Assembly: GCA_049599475.1 (NCBI GenBank)
Contig: JBMYOQ010000045.1
Coordinates: 1-34,702 of the forward strand
Direction of reading: 5' to 3'
DNA from: Opitutales bacterium
GTDB lineage: Bacteria > Verrucomicrobiota > Verrucomicrobiia > Opitutales > JABSRG01
DNA: 34,702 bases
Shown: positions 16,400 to 25,138 of the stretch, one piece after another
Layout of the letters: each line of letters starts with the position of its first letter
Position numbering within the stretch: position 1 is the stretch's first letter
Position numbers and translations under genes: made by a program
The notes under the pieces: model-generated
Databases searched by the model: none
What the model saw: only the letters and a program-made list of their open reading frames with translations
Told to the model about the DNA's origin: nothing

Positions 16400-17578
16400 A
16401 TGGACACGACCAACAAAGACAATCTCGAACAAATCGATAATTTATTGGCAGCCAGCAACCAGTCATGGTTATTCGGAGCCGGGATAAGCCTTAATGCTGG
16501 GATCCCTTTGATGTGGCCACTCACAGACCGTATTTTTGCAAAAGCAAAAGCAGACGGAGAAGTTGATGATCTGAAGGTGTTAGAATATGTTAAGAATCAG
16601 CTATCTGATGAGGCTCATATAGAACATATTTTGAGCCACCTTGGCGACCATCGCGCTATAGCGGAGCGCTCAAAGAAGAAAGAAACTGAATTTGGCGAAG
16701 TAGTCCTTCCTATCCATCAATTAGATGCACTACATCAACGCATACTAAGCTGGATTGCCGAAACGATTCGTTGGGGTTACAAGCCTCAAGGTAAAGACGG
16801 CACCCCAGAAAAAATAGGAACACACGAAGAGAGAATCGTGGAGGTCACAAACCATTCCGAATTTGTCTCCGCCCTGTTCAATCGCAACCAAGCTGGAATC
16901 GCTGAACGTCGAAGGGCCGTCAAGCTATTCACCACAAATTACGACACCTTACTTGAGGATGCATTGGCTTTAGGAGGCTTTTCATACTGGGATGGCTTTT
17001 CTGGTGGTGCGGTTGCATATCGCATTCACAGTTATGGAGGCGAAGAACCAAACCTCCGAGAAAGGGCTCACGTAATTAAACTACACGGTTCGATTGATTG
17101 GCATCTGGGAGAAGATGATCGGGTTTGGAGAGTACGTGATGGAGATCTTTATCCAAAAAAGGTTTCTCGTGTTTTGATATACCCGCAATCAACCAAATAT
17201 CTTGCAACCCAGCGTGACCCTTTCGCTGCTCAATTTGATCTATTTCGAAGGACGCTATGTTCCAGTGATGAAAATGTGTTAGCTACTTGCGGATACAGTT
17301 TTGGGGATGAGCATATAAACCAGGAAATTGAGCTGGCGGTTCAACGACCTGAAAACAAGACGACAATTCTAGCATTCGTACCCGAGCTTAATTCAGTACT
17401 CAATCAATGGAGGAATAAACCGTGGGGCAAAAGAGTGTATGCAATTACAGCAGGAGGGCTATATGTTGGTGCTGAAGGGCCATTCTTAGCTCCTGCTTCA
17501 GATGAAAAACGTGATTGGTGGACTTTTGAAGGTGTAACAAGAATACTTAACAATGGAGCAGAGGCTTGTTCGCTATGA
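16400..17578 (+). CDS. SIR2-family NADase (Sir2-HerA defence system)
   Basis: FGAGIS, TTNYD, KLHGSIDW and GYSFGDEHIN. Confidence 0.92.
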   Translation: MDTTNKDNLEQIDNLLAASNQSWLFGAGISLNAGIPLMWPLTDRIFAKAKADGEVDDLKVLEYVKNQLSDEAHIEHILSHLGDHRAIAERSKKKETEFGEVVLPIHQLDALHQRILSWIAETIRWGYKPQGKDGTPEKIGTHEERIVEVTNHSEFVSALFNRNQAGIAERRRAVKLFTTNYDTLLEDALALGGFSYWDGFSGGAVAYRIHSYGGEEPNLRERAHVIKLHGSIDWHLGEDDRVWRVRDGDLYPKKVSRVLIYPQSTKYLATQRDPFAAQFDLFRRTLCSSDENVLATCGYSFGDEHINQEIELAVQRPENKTTILAFVPELNSVLNQWRNKPWGKRVYAITAGGLYVGAEGPFLAPASDEKRDWWTFEGVTRILNNGAEACSL

Positions 17579-19428
17579 GCGTATTTGATTTAAATACAGA
17601 CTTAAAAAATGGCCATATCGTTGAGGTTTCTGGGACCACTATTCGGGTGGAGCTTTCGGGCGATGTAACAGAGCTTACACGAACATTTGAGGGACGTGTT
17701 TATCCGATTGGTCAAATTGGCAGCATTGTTAAGGTTCACTTTGGTAGACGGCTTGTATTTGGCTTCGTGACTCTTTTACGGATGCGATCAGAAGAGCTGC
17801 TTGAGGTATCCAAACCAATTCCTCCAGACGCTGACCAAAGACTGATGGAAGTCGAACTGTTTGCTGAAGGTGTTTGGAATGCTAAAGATCAGAAATTGAG
17901 ATTCATTCGGGGAGTGACCACTTACCCTTTGCCGCGACAAAGCGTTCATCTTCTAACACGTGAAGAAGCCGGTGAGATTTATTCTGCAGCGGAAGGCCAG
18001 CACAGTACTAATGGATATAATCCGCTAGTTCCATTCGCGAATTATATGGGAGCAGACAATGCCGTTTGTCGTGCTAATGCTGATAAGATGCTTGGAATGC
18101 ATTGTGCGGTTCTTGGCTCAACTGGCTCTGGTAAATCTGGTGCTGTGGCAGCGTTGCTCCATAGCATGCTCGACCATAAGCCTGAGCCGGATGCCATAAG
18201 TCACCCTCGTATCCTTGTAATTGACCCGCATGGCGAATACGGACAGGCATTTACAAACCGAGCGGTAGTATACCGAGCATATGATCCTCTTGGAAACGAA
18301 GAAACTGTAGGTATTCCAATAAGCCTTCCCTATTGGCTTATGAGTGCCGACGAGTTTCGTCAGCTAGCAATAGGAAAAACTGAGAAGGAAGCTACCTCTC
18401 AAAACAATATCATATACAAAGCTCTTACCCACGCGAGAATGGTGGCAGCAAACTTGGTAGATCCAGCGCCTTCTGAATATGGAGTGAGTGTTCCTGACGA
18501 TGGTTTAGGTCCTGATGCTCCACGTCCTAAAGATGGTGTCGATCAAAACGAGATTGCTCAGTTTGATCGAGATAAACCGCGTCCATTCTCTATGGATGAA
18601 CTCATAAACCATATCAAGTTCTCGCAAGCTGTGAATGTGTCGGGCGGAAAAACAAAATCGAAATCCGCAACTGACCTTTCAAAAGAAGGTTTTCGATCAA
18701 TATTAGATAAGTTATCAGTTCTAAGGCGTGATCGTAGGATTCAATTCATGATGAAAGAATGGAATGAGCAAAGTGATCCGCTTGAGCACATCATCGCCCA
18801 ATTAGTTGGGCAGATTCAAGGTGAAGGTGGTGCTGATCAAGACATTCGGATATTGGACATTTCCGGATTGCCTAATGAGGTTGCTGGTCCACTAGCCGCG
18901 ATGCTCGCGCGTTTGCTTTTCCAATATAAGGTTTATCAGACATCTGAGGAGCGGAAACGCGATCCCGTTGTTCTCGTTTGTGAGGAGGCTCACCGATATG
19001 TGCCTGATAGAGGAGAAGCTGAATATGCGGCTGCACAGACTGCAATACGACGCATAGCTCGTGAAGGTCGAAAATACGGAATAGGTCTTATGCTAGTAAG
19101 TCAGCGTCCTGCTGACGTGGAAAGCACGGTAATTTCTCAATGCGGAACTTGGTTGGTACTTCGGCTTACTAATGCAGCCGATCAACAGCATGTCTCCCGT
19201 TTCCTTCCTGATGGGCTATCCGGTATGACAAAGGCTTTGCCTAATCTAGCACAGCAGGAAGCAATTTTTGTTGGAGAAGGTGCCGCAATGCCCGCACGAG
19301 TGAGAATCAGAGACCTATCCGATAGTCAGTTGCCAAAATCGGACACTGCTAAATTTGCGAAGGGCTGGATTCTTGATCGTTTAACTGAAGAAGAGATTGC
19401 TGCCGTAGCGAGCCGCATGAGCGACTAG
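17575..19428 (+). CDS. herA: HerA-family ATPase (Sir2-HerA defence system)
   Basis: HAS-barrel N-terminus (GQIGSIVKV), GSTGSGKS, DPHGEY, EEAHRY, AREGRKYG and SQRP; ATGA overlap with sir2. Confidence 0.92.
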   Translation: MSVFDLNTDLKNGHIVEVSGTTIRVELSGDVTELTRTFEGRVYPIGQIGSIVKVHFGRRLVFGFVTLLRMRSEELLEVSKPIPPDADQRLMEVELFAEGVWNAKDQKLRFIRGVTTYPLPRQSVHLLTREEAGEIYSAAEGQHSTNGYNPLVPFANYMGADNAVCRANADKMLGMHCAVLGSTGSGKSGAVAALLHSMLDHKPEPDAISHPRILVIDPHGEYGQAFTNRAVVYRAYDPLGNEETVGIPISLPYWLMSADEFRQLAIGKTEKEATSQNNIIYKALTHARMVAANLVDPAPSEYGVSVPDDGLGPDAPRPKDGVDQNEIAQFDRDKPRPFSMDELINHIKFSQAVNVSGGKTKSKSATDLSKEGFRSILDKLSVLRRDRRIQFMMKEWNEQSDPLEHIIAQLVGQIQGEGGADQDIRILDISGLPNEVAGPLAAMLARLLFQYKVYQTSEERKRDPVVLVCEEAHRYVPDRGEAEYAAAQTAIRRIAREGRKYGIGLMLVSQRPADVESTVISQCGTWLVLRLTNAADQQHVSRFLPDGLSGMTKALPNLAQQEAIFVGEGAAMPARVRIRDLSDSQLPKSDTAKFAKGWILDRLTEEEIAAVASRMSD

Positions 19429-19447
19429 AGGGGTGCTTTCTGACCTA

Positions 19448-19614
19448 AGGGGCGCTGCCCCTAGCGCAGTGCAAGGGTGTCCCCAATCTTCCTTCGCTGG
19501 CGCTTTCGTGCAGATTGGGTGATCCCCCCTCCCTTGCACTTTGCCTCCCCGATCTCGGCGATGGCCAGGTTTTCACGCGCGCGATGCATGCCGCTTCGCG
19601 ACTGCATGAAAACC
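19448..19614. promoter_or_regulatory. Nested stem-loop leader upstream of ardA (candidate ssDNA promoter)
   Basis: AGTGCAAGGG (19468-77) with CCCTTGCACT (19531-40); CCCAATCT (19482-89) with AGATTGGG (19512-19); GGTTTTCA (19568-75) with TGAAAACC (19607-14). Confidence 0.55.
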
Positions 19615-19642
19615 ATTAGCCATTTATTCAGGAGGCACTCAA

Positions 19643-20164
19643 ATGACAGATACACTCACCACCCCCAGCATCTACGTGGCTTGCTTGGCCAGCTATAACA
19701 ATGCGATCTTGCACGGTCGCTGGATACCTCTGGATCAGGATATCGAAGACGTTTGGAACGAAATCCGAAACATTCTTGCAAGCTCGCCGGAGCCAGATGC
19801 GGAGGAATATGCGATCCATGATTATGAGGGTTTCGGATCGTATCCGGTTTCCGAATATGAAGGCATTGAGCACGTGCACAATTTGGCAGCATTCATCCTC
19901 GAACATGAAGACATCGGGCTCGCTTTACTCGAAAACAACTCTGGAGACGTTGAAGAAGCCACGCGGGTGCTTGAAAACTATATCGGCAGCTTTGAGGCTT
20001 TGACCGATTTTGTAACCGAGCATCTTTCAAACATTGGGGCAAGCATCCCCGATTTCCTAGAGTGCTACCTGAATTATGAGGACATAGGGCGCGACATGCA
20101 GATCAACGGCGAGATCGAGGTGATCGAGACCGCGTGGAATGAAGTGCATGTCTTTTACGCCTGA
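19643..20164 (+). CDS. ardA: Antirestriction protein ArdA
   Basis: IYVACLASYNN.ILHGRWI, EEYAIHDYEGF and YLNYEDIGRDM; strongly acidic; AGGAGG RBS. Confidence 0.95.
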   Translation: MTDTLTTPSIYVACLASYNNAILHGRWIPLDQDIEDVWNEIRNILASSPEPDAEEYAIHDYEGFGSYPVSEYEGIEHVHNLAAFILEHEDIGLALLENNSGDVEEATRVLENYIGSFEALTDFVTEHLSNIGASIPDFLECYLNYEDIGRDMQINGEIEVIETAWNEVHVFYA

Positions 20165-20176
20165 CATCCAAAAATC

Positions 20177-20211
20177 GAGTTGAGCGCATTCCATGATGAG
20201 GCGCTCAACTC
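20177..20211. terminator. Hairpin between convergent genes
   Basis: Perfect 11-bp inverted repeat GAGTTGAGCGC/GCGCTCAACTC; no T run. Confidence 0.5.
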
Positions 20212-20216
20212 AGCCC

Positions 20217-20876
20217 CTAAGGGTTGTTAAGCTCTATCGCCTGAACAACGTCTTCTCGCAAGCGATACATGCCGTGCCCATCGCGTTCGACAATTTCATT
20301 CCAGATTGAACTGCGCTTGAATAGATCAGGCACATGAAAACTGTCTGAGCCTGCAGCTCGCAGCATCGTTTTTCCATGCTGCCAAGGCTCGCCATCTCGA
20401 TAGCCGTCGAGCAAACACCGCAGAGCTGCGGATTGTTTAGAGCCCAGACGATGCGTGACACCTTCGCGCTTTATAATGCGCAAGTGTTCGTCAACCTCCC
20501 ACCGCTTCAAAGCTTCAGAATTGAAGCGGATCAAGAGATCATCAGGCGCTATAGTGATATCGTGCACATCTTCGGGAAGCCTGTATTGCTCGGATTTGTC
20601 CTCGTTTGTGAATTCCCGAATATGCAATTTCCCACTTTTTAAGAGACGACCAATTGCGCCCTCTGAAAGCGGAATGGGTCCATCGAAATGAACGAGTGAG
20701 CGATCTGTGACGATTTCATCATCCAGAACCTGCCGTTCAATGCGATAAACGCTCGTCAGTGGCTGCCAGACAAAGCACTGGTGTTTGCCGCTGAGTAGTT
20801 CTCTTTTTACGCGTGAGAAACGCTCTGATTTGTCACCAATAAGATCATACAAATCTGTGAAGCTATCATTTTTCAT
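20217..20876 (-). CDS. Hypothetical protein with a C-terminal winged-helix-like domain (putative regulator)
   Basis: LGSKQSAALRCLL...GKTMLRAAGS...DLFK...DGHGMYRL; AGGGGGAGG RBS; divergent from the next operon. Confidence 0.65.
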   Translation of the reverse strand: MKNDSFTDLYDLIGDKSERFSRVKRELLSGKHQCFVWQPLTSVYRIERQVLDDEIVTDRSLVHFDGPIPLSEGAIGRLLKSGKLHIREFTNEDKSEQYRLPEDVHDITIAPDDLLIRFNSEALKRWEVDEHLRIIKREGVTHRLGSKQSAALRCLLDGYRDGEPWQHGKTMLRAAGSDSFHVPDLFKRSSIWNEIVERDGHGMYRLREDVVQAIELNNP

Positions 20877-20974
20877 CTTCCTCCCCCTTGTTGTAACAAA
20901 TTTCAGCTTATAGTAGCCATTTTACCACAAATCAGCCCCTCAAGACCAAAGCTGAGCCTCGTTTTCGGGGTTTT

Positions 20975-21018
20975 GTCCTGACCTGTCCGTGTTCGTCCTG
21001 ATCATTCTGTCTTTGTCC
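20975..21018 (+). repeat. Helically phased GTCC repeats
   Basis: GTCC at 20975, 20985, 20995 and 21015 (10-bp register). Confidence 0.6.
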
Positions 21019-21024
21019 TCGTTT

Positions 21025-21050
21025 CTGGATCAATGAGGGGCTCAAAGCGT
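21025..21050 (+). promoter_or_regulatory. Putative ECF-type promoter, one-mismatch copy
   Basis: CTGGAT caatgaggggctcaaag CGT, upstream of the 21140-22514 operon. Confidence 0.45.
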
Positions 21051-21139
21051 CCTGATTGAGTGCTGATTGTGTCCGGAGCGATCCGTGCGGGACTTATGGC
21101 AGTCTTTATTCATCACAACGAGGAAAGGATTAAGGACTG

Positions 21140-21349
21140 ATGACTGACACTCTTGAACATGACTTTGAAGCCATTCGAAGGCTTTCAATGGATGAGGCGA
21201 TCTGTTTGCCGTCGCAGCAATTGAACGTGCTGTATGAGCAGGCAATGGAAAATCTGCACCTATCTCAGCAGATAATTCAATGGATCAAGATCATTCGCTT
21301 TGAGAAGCAGCAGCTCGCGCGGGATGAGCAAGGAGGCTTCTATGAATAA
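21140..21349 (+). CDS. Small hypothetical protein
   Basis: TAAGGA RBS; stop overlaps the next start. Confidence 0.6.
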   Translation: MTDTLEHDFEAIRRLSMDEAICLPSQQLNVLYEQAMENLHLSQQIIQWIKIIRFEKQQLARDEQGGFYE

Positions 21350-21665
21350 GATGGAAACTTGGACTCAGGAGGCCGTGATGTCTCATGTGCGCCGTGCTGC
21401 GGATATTCACAAGCGCCTCAAGTCAGCTTCCCGTAATGAGACCCGCTATTGCCTGAGGGTCATGCGCTGGTTGAATTGGGTAGAGCCGAACGACCAGCAA
21501 ATACTCTGGCTACGTGCAGGAGGTGTGCCGTGGGAGACAATCAGCGAGCGCTTTCAAAAAGGTCGCGGGTCACTGGAGCGCGAAGAAACGATTGCGCTTA
21601 TTGGAATTGCTGCAGGGCTCAATAGGCTCGGTGTCGATCCCGAGGACCCGAGCTTGAATGTGTAA
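21342..21665 (+). CDS. DUF6362-like HTH protein
   Basis: WTQEAV...RRAAD...WLNWVEPNDQQILWLRAGGVPWETI pattern recognised by eye; AGGAGG RBS. Confidence 0.65.
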   Translation: MNKMETWTQEAVMSHVRRAADIHKRLKSASRNETRYCLRVMRWLNWVEPNDQQILWLRAGGVPWETISERFQKGRGSLEREETIALIGIAAGLNRLGVDPEDPSLNV

Positions 21666-21695
21666 CGCTGTCAAAACGAGTGAAAGGAGAAACTC

Positions 21696-21944
21696 ATGAC
21701 AAAACGTAAGAAAAAAGCGCCAGTAGACGTTATCCGGCGCGGAGCGCTCAAGGCGTCATTCTGGGAGAACACTGGTGAGAATGGCCCTTTTCTGAAGGTC
21801 AGCTTTGCCAAGACTTACAGGCAGGGCGGCGTTCCTAAGGATGCTTACAGCTTTGATGAGCGGGACCTCTTGGGACTGTCTCACCTGGCAAAGAATGCGT
21901 TCGACCGGATTGCCGAACTCAAGCCAAAGCCGGTCAATGACTGA
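21696..21944 (+). CDS. Small mobile-element protein, possibly a PC4-like ssDNA-binding fold
   Basis: PVDVIRRGALKASFWEN...VSFAKTY...SFDERDLL; GAAAGGAG RBS. The fold assignment is inference. Confidence 0.7.
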   Translation: MTKRKKKAPVDVIRRGALKASFWENTGENGPFLKVSFAKTYRQGGVPKDAYSFDERDLLGLSHLAKNAFDRIAELKPKPVND

Positions 21945-21957
21945 CAGTGATCCCAAT

Positions 21958-21992
21958 GCGAAGCGATGGCCCTCGCGGGCTCGTCGCTTCGC
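21958..21992. other. GC-rich hairpin before radC
   Basis: GCGAAGCGA...TCGCTTCGC arms with an inner GCCC/GGGC stem. Confidence 0.5.
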
Positions 21993-22016
21993 GTCTCTAA
22001 AAGAAAGGAAGATGTT

Positions 22017-22514
22017 ATGCAGAGATACAATTTGAAAATCGTATTTGAAGATGCAGGAGAATTTCATCCTGAAATCTTGGATACACCGGAAAAGGCTTAT
22101 CACTATATGCAAGGGGCATTTGATGAATATCCCATGCAAGAGGCGTTTTACGTGGTTGCCCTCAATCGGAAAAACAGACCGCTCGGGCGCTACCGAGCGA
22201 CGATTGGAACGGCAACAGCCTCGCTCGTGCATCCGCGCGAGGTGTTCCGGCCTCTCGTCCTAGCGGGAGCAAGCGCCTTCATCGCAAGCCACAACCATCC
22301 ATCGGGCGATCCGACGCCTAGCCGCGCGGATATCGTTATCACCAAGCGTCTTGCTGAAGCCGCCCGTGTGATGGACATCAACCTTTTGGATCATGTGATT
22401 GTCGGGGATAGAAAAGCCGATCCACTTCACTGTGGCTACTACAGCTTCAGCGATCACGGCCTGTGCCCTCAGTTGGAGCCATACCAAAAGGAGCACTATG
22501 CGCATCCGGCGTGA
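22017..22514 (+). CDS. radC: RadC-like JAB domain protein
   Basis: QEAF, VHPREVF, HNHPSGDPTPSRAD, LLDHVIVG and YYSF. Confidence 0.93.
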   Translation: MQRYNLKIVFEDAGEFHPEILDTPEKAYHYMQGAFDEYPMQEAFYVVALNRKNRPLGRYRATIGTATASLVHPREVFRPLVLAGASAFIASHNHPSGDPTPSRADIVITKRLAEAARVMDINLLDHVIVGDRKADPLHCGYYSFSDHGLCPQLEPYQKEHYAHPA

Positions 22515-22534
22515 TGGGCATTGGAGCTATCGCT

Positions 22535-22723
22535 ATGAATCAGGACGTTTTGGAAATTATCGAATTTATTCGTAAGGACACTCGAAAGCCTCACGAAATC
22601 AATCGCTCGATACAGAAGCAAGTGCGTGAAAAAATCGGACATGATGTGTCAGATAAAGACGTTGTAGAATCTGCGAGGCGGTTAATTCGTTATTTCCAAA
22701 TTCTTGGTGAAATCAATGAATAA
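22535..22723 (+). CDS. Small hypothetical protein preceding the serine recombinase
   Basis: GGAG RBS; 62-aa helical ORF. Confidence 0.55.
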   Translation: MNQDVLEIIEFIRKDTRKPHEINRSIQKQVREKIGHDVSDKDVVESARRLIRYFQILGEINE

Positions 22724-22737
22724 GCTGTGCGAGGCGC

Positions 22738-22767
22738 TTGAATTTGCAGCACCCTCAATGATACACT
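22738..22767 (+). promoter_or_regulatory. Sigma70-type promoter for the recombinase
   Basis: TTGAAT-N18-TACACT with an extended -10 TGn; AGGAGG RBS downstream. Confidence 0.5.
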
Positions 22768-22804
22768 TAAGTTATTGATATAGCGTACAAAAGGAGGCTT
22801 AAGC

Positions 22805-24445
22805 ATGCTGCATGACCACCAAGCAATGAAGGCTATTACGATTGCCCGCGTTTCGACTGACGAGCAACTCGAATACTCACCCGCCGCGCAGAGCGCTCGC
22901 ATGCGCGAATATTGCGAACGCAAGGGGCTTGAAATCTTAGAGAGCCATGAGATTTCGGAATCTTCTACGCGGGGTGAACGTAAAGGCTTTATGCGCATTA
23001 TTGATGATGCATCAAAGAAAGCGATCAAGCTCAAGGAACCTGTCGCCATTGTAACGGATAAAGTTGATCGGCTTCAGCGTGGCTTTAAGCAACAGCCTAT
23101 CCTTGAAAAATATCGCGAGGATGGCTTGCTGGAGTATCATTTCAGCAGCGACAATTGCATCATTCACAAGCGCTCCCCAGCGAAAGACCTCTTCATGTGG
23201 AACATTGCGGTATCCTTGGCGCAAAATTACACGGATAGTCTCAGGGATAATGTCAACCGTGCGAAGGAAGAGAAGCTAGCGCGTGGAGAATGGATATCTC
23301 AGGCTCCAATAGGATACCTCAACCAGCGTGATGATAGTTGCAAGCGACACGGAAGGGGCAGAGCTGAGATAATTGTCGACCCAGAAAGAGCCCCGCTTGT
23401 GAAGCAGTTATTCGAACGCTATGCGACTGGATGCTATTCAATTTTTCAGCTAGTGAAATTTTCAAAGGAGATAGGCCTCACAAATTCACGGGGTAAGAAA
23501 GGGCATCTTACCAAAAGCCATGTTCATAAGATCCTCAATAATCCATTCTATCACGGCGTTATGAGGCTACGATCAACAGGAGAGGAATTCCCGCATATTC
23601 ACGAAGCCCTGATAAGCAAAAGCCTATTCGACCAATGCCAAGCTGTCATGAAGGCAAAAGGCTCTCCTCATGGACGCTATGGGCGCAAGGAGTTTCTATT
23701 TCGTGGACTTGTTACGTGTGCCAAGACGGGTAAATTGTGTACGGCGCAGGAGCATAAGAGAAAGTACGAGAACGGAAACGTCGCTTCGTTCGTCTATCTG
23801 ACGTCTTACTCAGCAGACGATCCCAAGAAAATTTACTACGTGAGAGAAGAAGCGGTATTGGATCAGGTTGTCGACGCGCTGAGCACCTTGACTATCGCTG
23901 ACCCTGACGATCTTAAAAATACCCTTTCATATATCAGCAAAGCCTACAGCAAGGAGCGCCAAGGCCACAGGGAGCAAACCGTATCGCTTCGCCGTGAAAG
24001 TGGAGACCTTGAAAGGAAGCTCGACCGCCTCACCGATTTACGCCTTGAGGGTGAGTTGAATGCTGCAGAGTTCATGTCGCAGAAAAAGCGAGTGCAGGAT
24101 CGCCAGAGAGCAATAGCTGAGCTGCTGGAGGCCCATCACATCACCGATGATGGTTTCACGCAGAAGATCAGCCAAATAGTGGAACTCGCCTCAAACGCCC
24201 GCAAAACCTTCGAAAATTCAAGTTTTGAGCAAAAACGGGAACTGCTTTCTCTGGTATTCCAGAACCTGCAGCTAGAGGAGAAAAAGCTAGTGTTTTCAAT
24301 GAATAAGCCATTCGACACCATTGCCGAATGTGCAAAAACTGGAGAATGGTGCACCCTGGTTGACGTTATTAGAACCTGCGGCGACACTCGAAACGTCATT
24401 ATAAACATGAATGATTACGATTGGGAAGGCCTTCTGGCGGCCTGA
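22805..24445 (+). CDS. Large serine recombinase
   Basis: ARVSTDEQ (catalytic Ser), DKVDRLQR, recombinase domain APIGY...ILNNPFYHG, zinc-ribbon-like GLVTCAKTG and a coiled coil. Confidence 0.93.
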   Translation: MLHDHQAMKAITIARVSTDEQLEYSPAAQSARMREYCERKGLEILESHEISESSTRGERKGFMRIIDDASKKAIKLKEPVAIVTDKVDRLQRGFKQQPILEKYREDGLLEYHFSSDNCIIHKRSPAKDLFMWNIAVSLAQNYTDSLRDNVNRAKEEKLARGEWISQAPIGYLNQRDDSCKRHGRGRAEIIVDPERAPLVKQLFERYATGCYSIFQLVKFSKEIGLTNSRGKKGHLTKSHVHKILNNPFYHGVMRLRSTGEEFPHIHEALISKSLFDQCQAVMKAKGSPHGRYGRKEFLFRGLVTCAKTGKLCTAQEHKRKYENGNVASFVYLTSYSADDPKKIYYVREEAVLDQVVDALSTLTIADPDDLKNTLSYISKAYSKERQGHREQTVSLRRESGDLERKLDRLTDLRLEGELNAAEFMSQKKRVQDRQRAIAELLEAHHITDDGFTQKISQIVELASNARKTFENSSFEQKRELLSLVFQNLQLEEKKLVFSMNKPFDTIAECAKTGEWCTLVDVIRTCGDTRNVIINMNDYDWEGLLAA

Positions 24446-24578
24446 TAAATCGATCCAAGTTTCATCTTAATTTATGTCTTTGAACATAACATTAAGGTCG
24501 TCACATATTCCGACATCCAGTTGTCTGGTCGTTGTTGCCGGTTGACATAGCCGATCTCTGGGCTGTATTTAATAAAGC

Positions 24579-25043
24579 ATGAACGCGGTTCAGAAATGCA
24601 TAGTTTATTGCCTCGTCGCGTTGGTGGGGATCAACAGCCTACTGGTTGCATCCGGTGGCGCTGTGCTATGTTTTCATGATAAAGGTTTCAGTCACTTCGC
24701 TGTAACAGAGCATGTCGACCATGGCCACGACTGCCATGGTCATCATGAACATACAGCTCATGAGACACATTCAGTTCATGATGGGATCAGCATAGCAGAA
24801 CATTCCGATGTATCAAAACAGTGCTTTGATGTTGTATTAAGCCCCCTTGAAGAACTTGCGCAGCGCACCTCAGATCTGATGTTGGTTGATAAGCTGGCCG
24901 TTACATCAGGTTATACACATAGGCGATTTGAATCTGGTTGTGATCCATGTTCCCCGCCCCAAATGCTTTTAGCATCCAGGGAGCCACCAGTTAAGTGTAG
25001 CATGCTGGAACAGTGTGTTTTGAAGACAGTTCTACGAATATAA
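24579..25043 (+). CDS. His/Cys-rich membrane-anchored or exported protein
   Basis: Hydrophobic N-terminus; HVDHGHDCHGHHEHTAHETHSVH; first gene of the efflux cluster. Confidence 0.75.
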   Translation: MNAVQKCIVYCLVALVGINSLLVASGGAVLCFHDKGFSHFAVTEHVDHGHDCHGHHEHTAHETHSVHDGISIAEHSDVSKQCFDVVLSPLEELAQRTSDLMLVDKLAVTSGYTHRRFESGCDPCSPPQMLLASREPPVKCSMLEQCVLKTVLRI

Positions 25044-25138
25044 GACCTGATTAGAGAATAACGTGCGGTTTTTCCCGCCGATCGACTTAGCGCAAAATTT
25101 TGCGTGTCAGATAACATTTCTACTAAGCAGGTTTTTTT

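Noticed and set aside
22440..22535. radC interrupted by the serine recombinase element
   Set aside because: All JAB motifs through YYSF are intact and no second radC fragment was seen elsewhere.
24542..24573. MerR-type promoter before the metal cluster
   Set aside because: TTGACA is present, but the -10 is ambiguous, the dyad (ATAGCC/GGCTGT) is weak, and there is no MerR gene in the window.
3360..24655. Other CCGGAT/ATCCGG hexamers (e.g. 3360, 5031, 14340, 16374, 21905, 22504, 24650)
   Set aside because: None has CGT at the 17-nt spacing (5031 has CGG) and they lie inside genes. The scan was by eye and may be incomplete.
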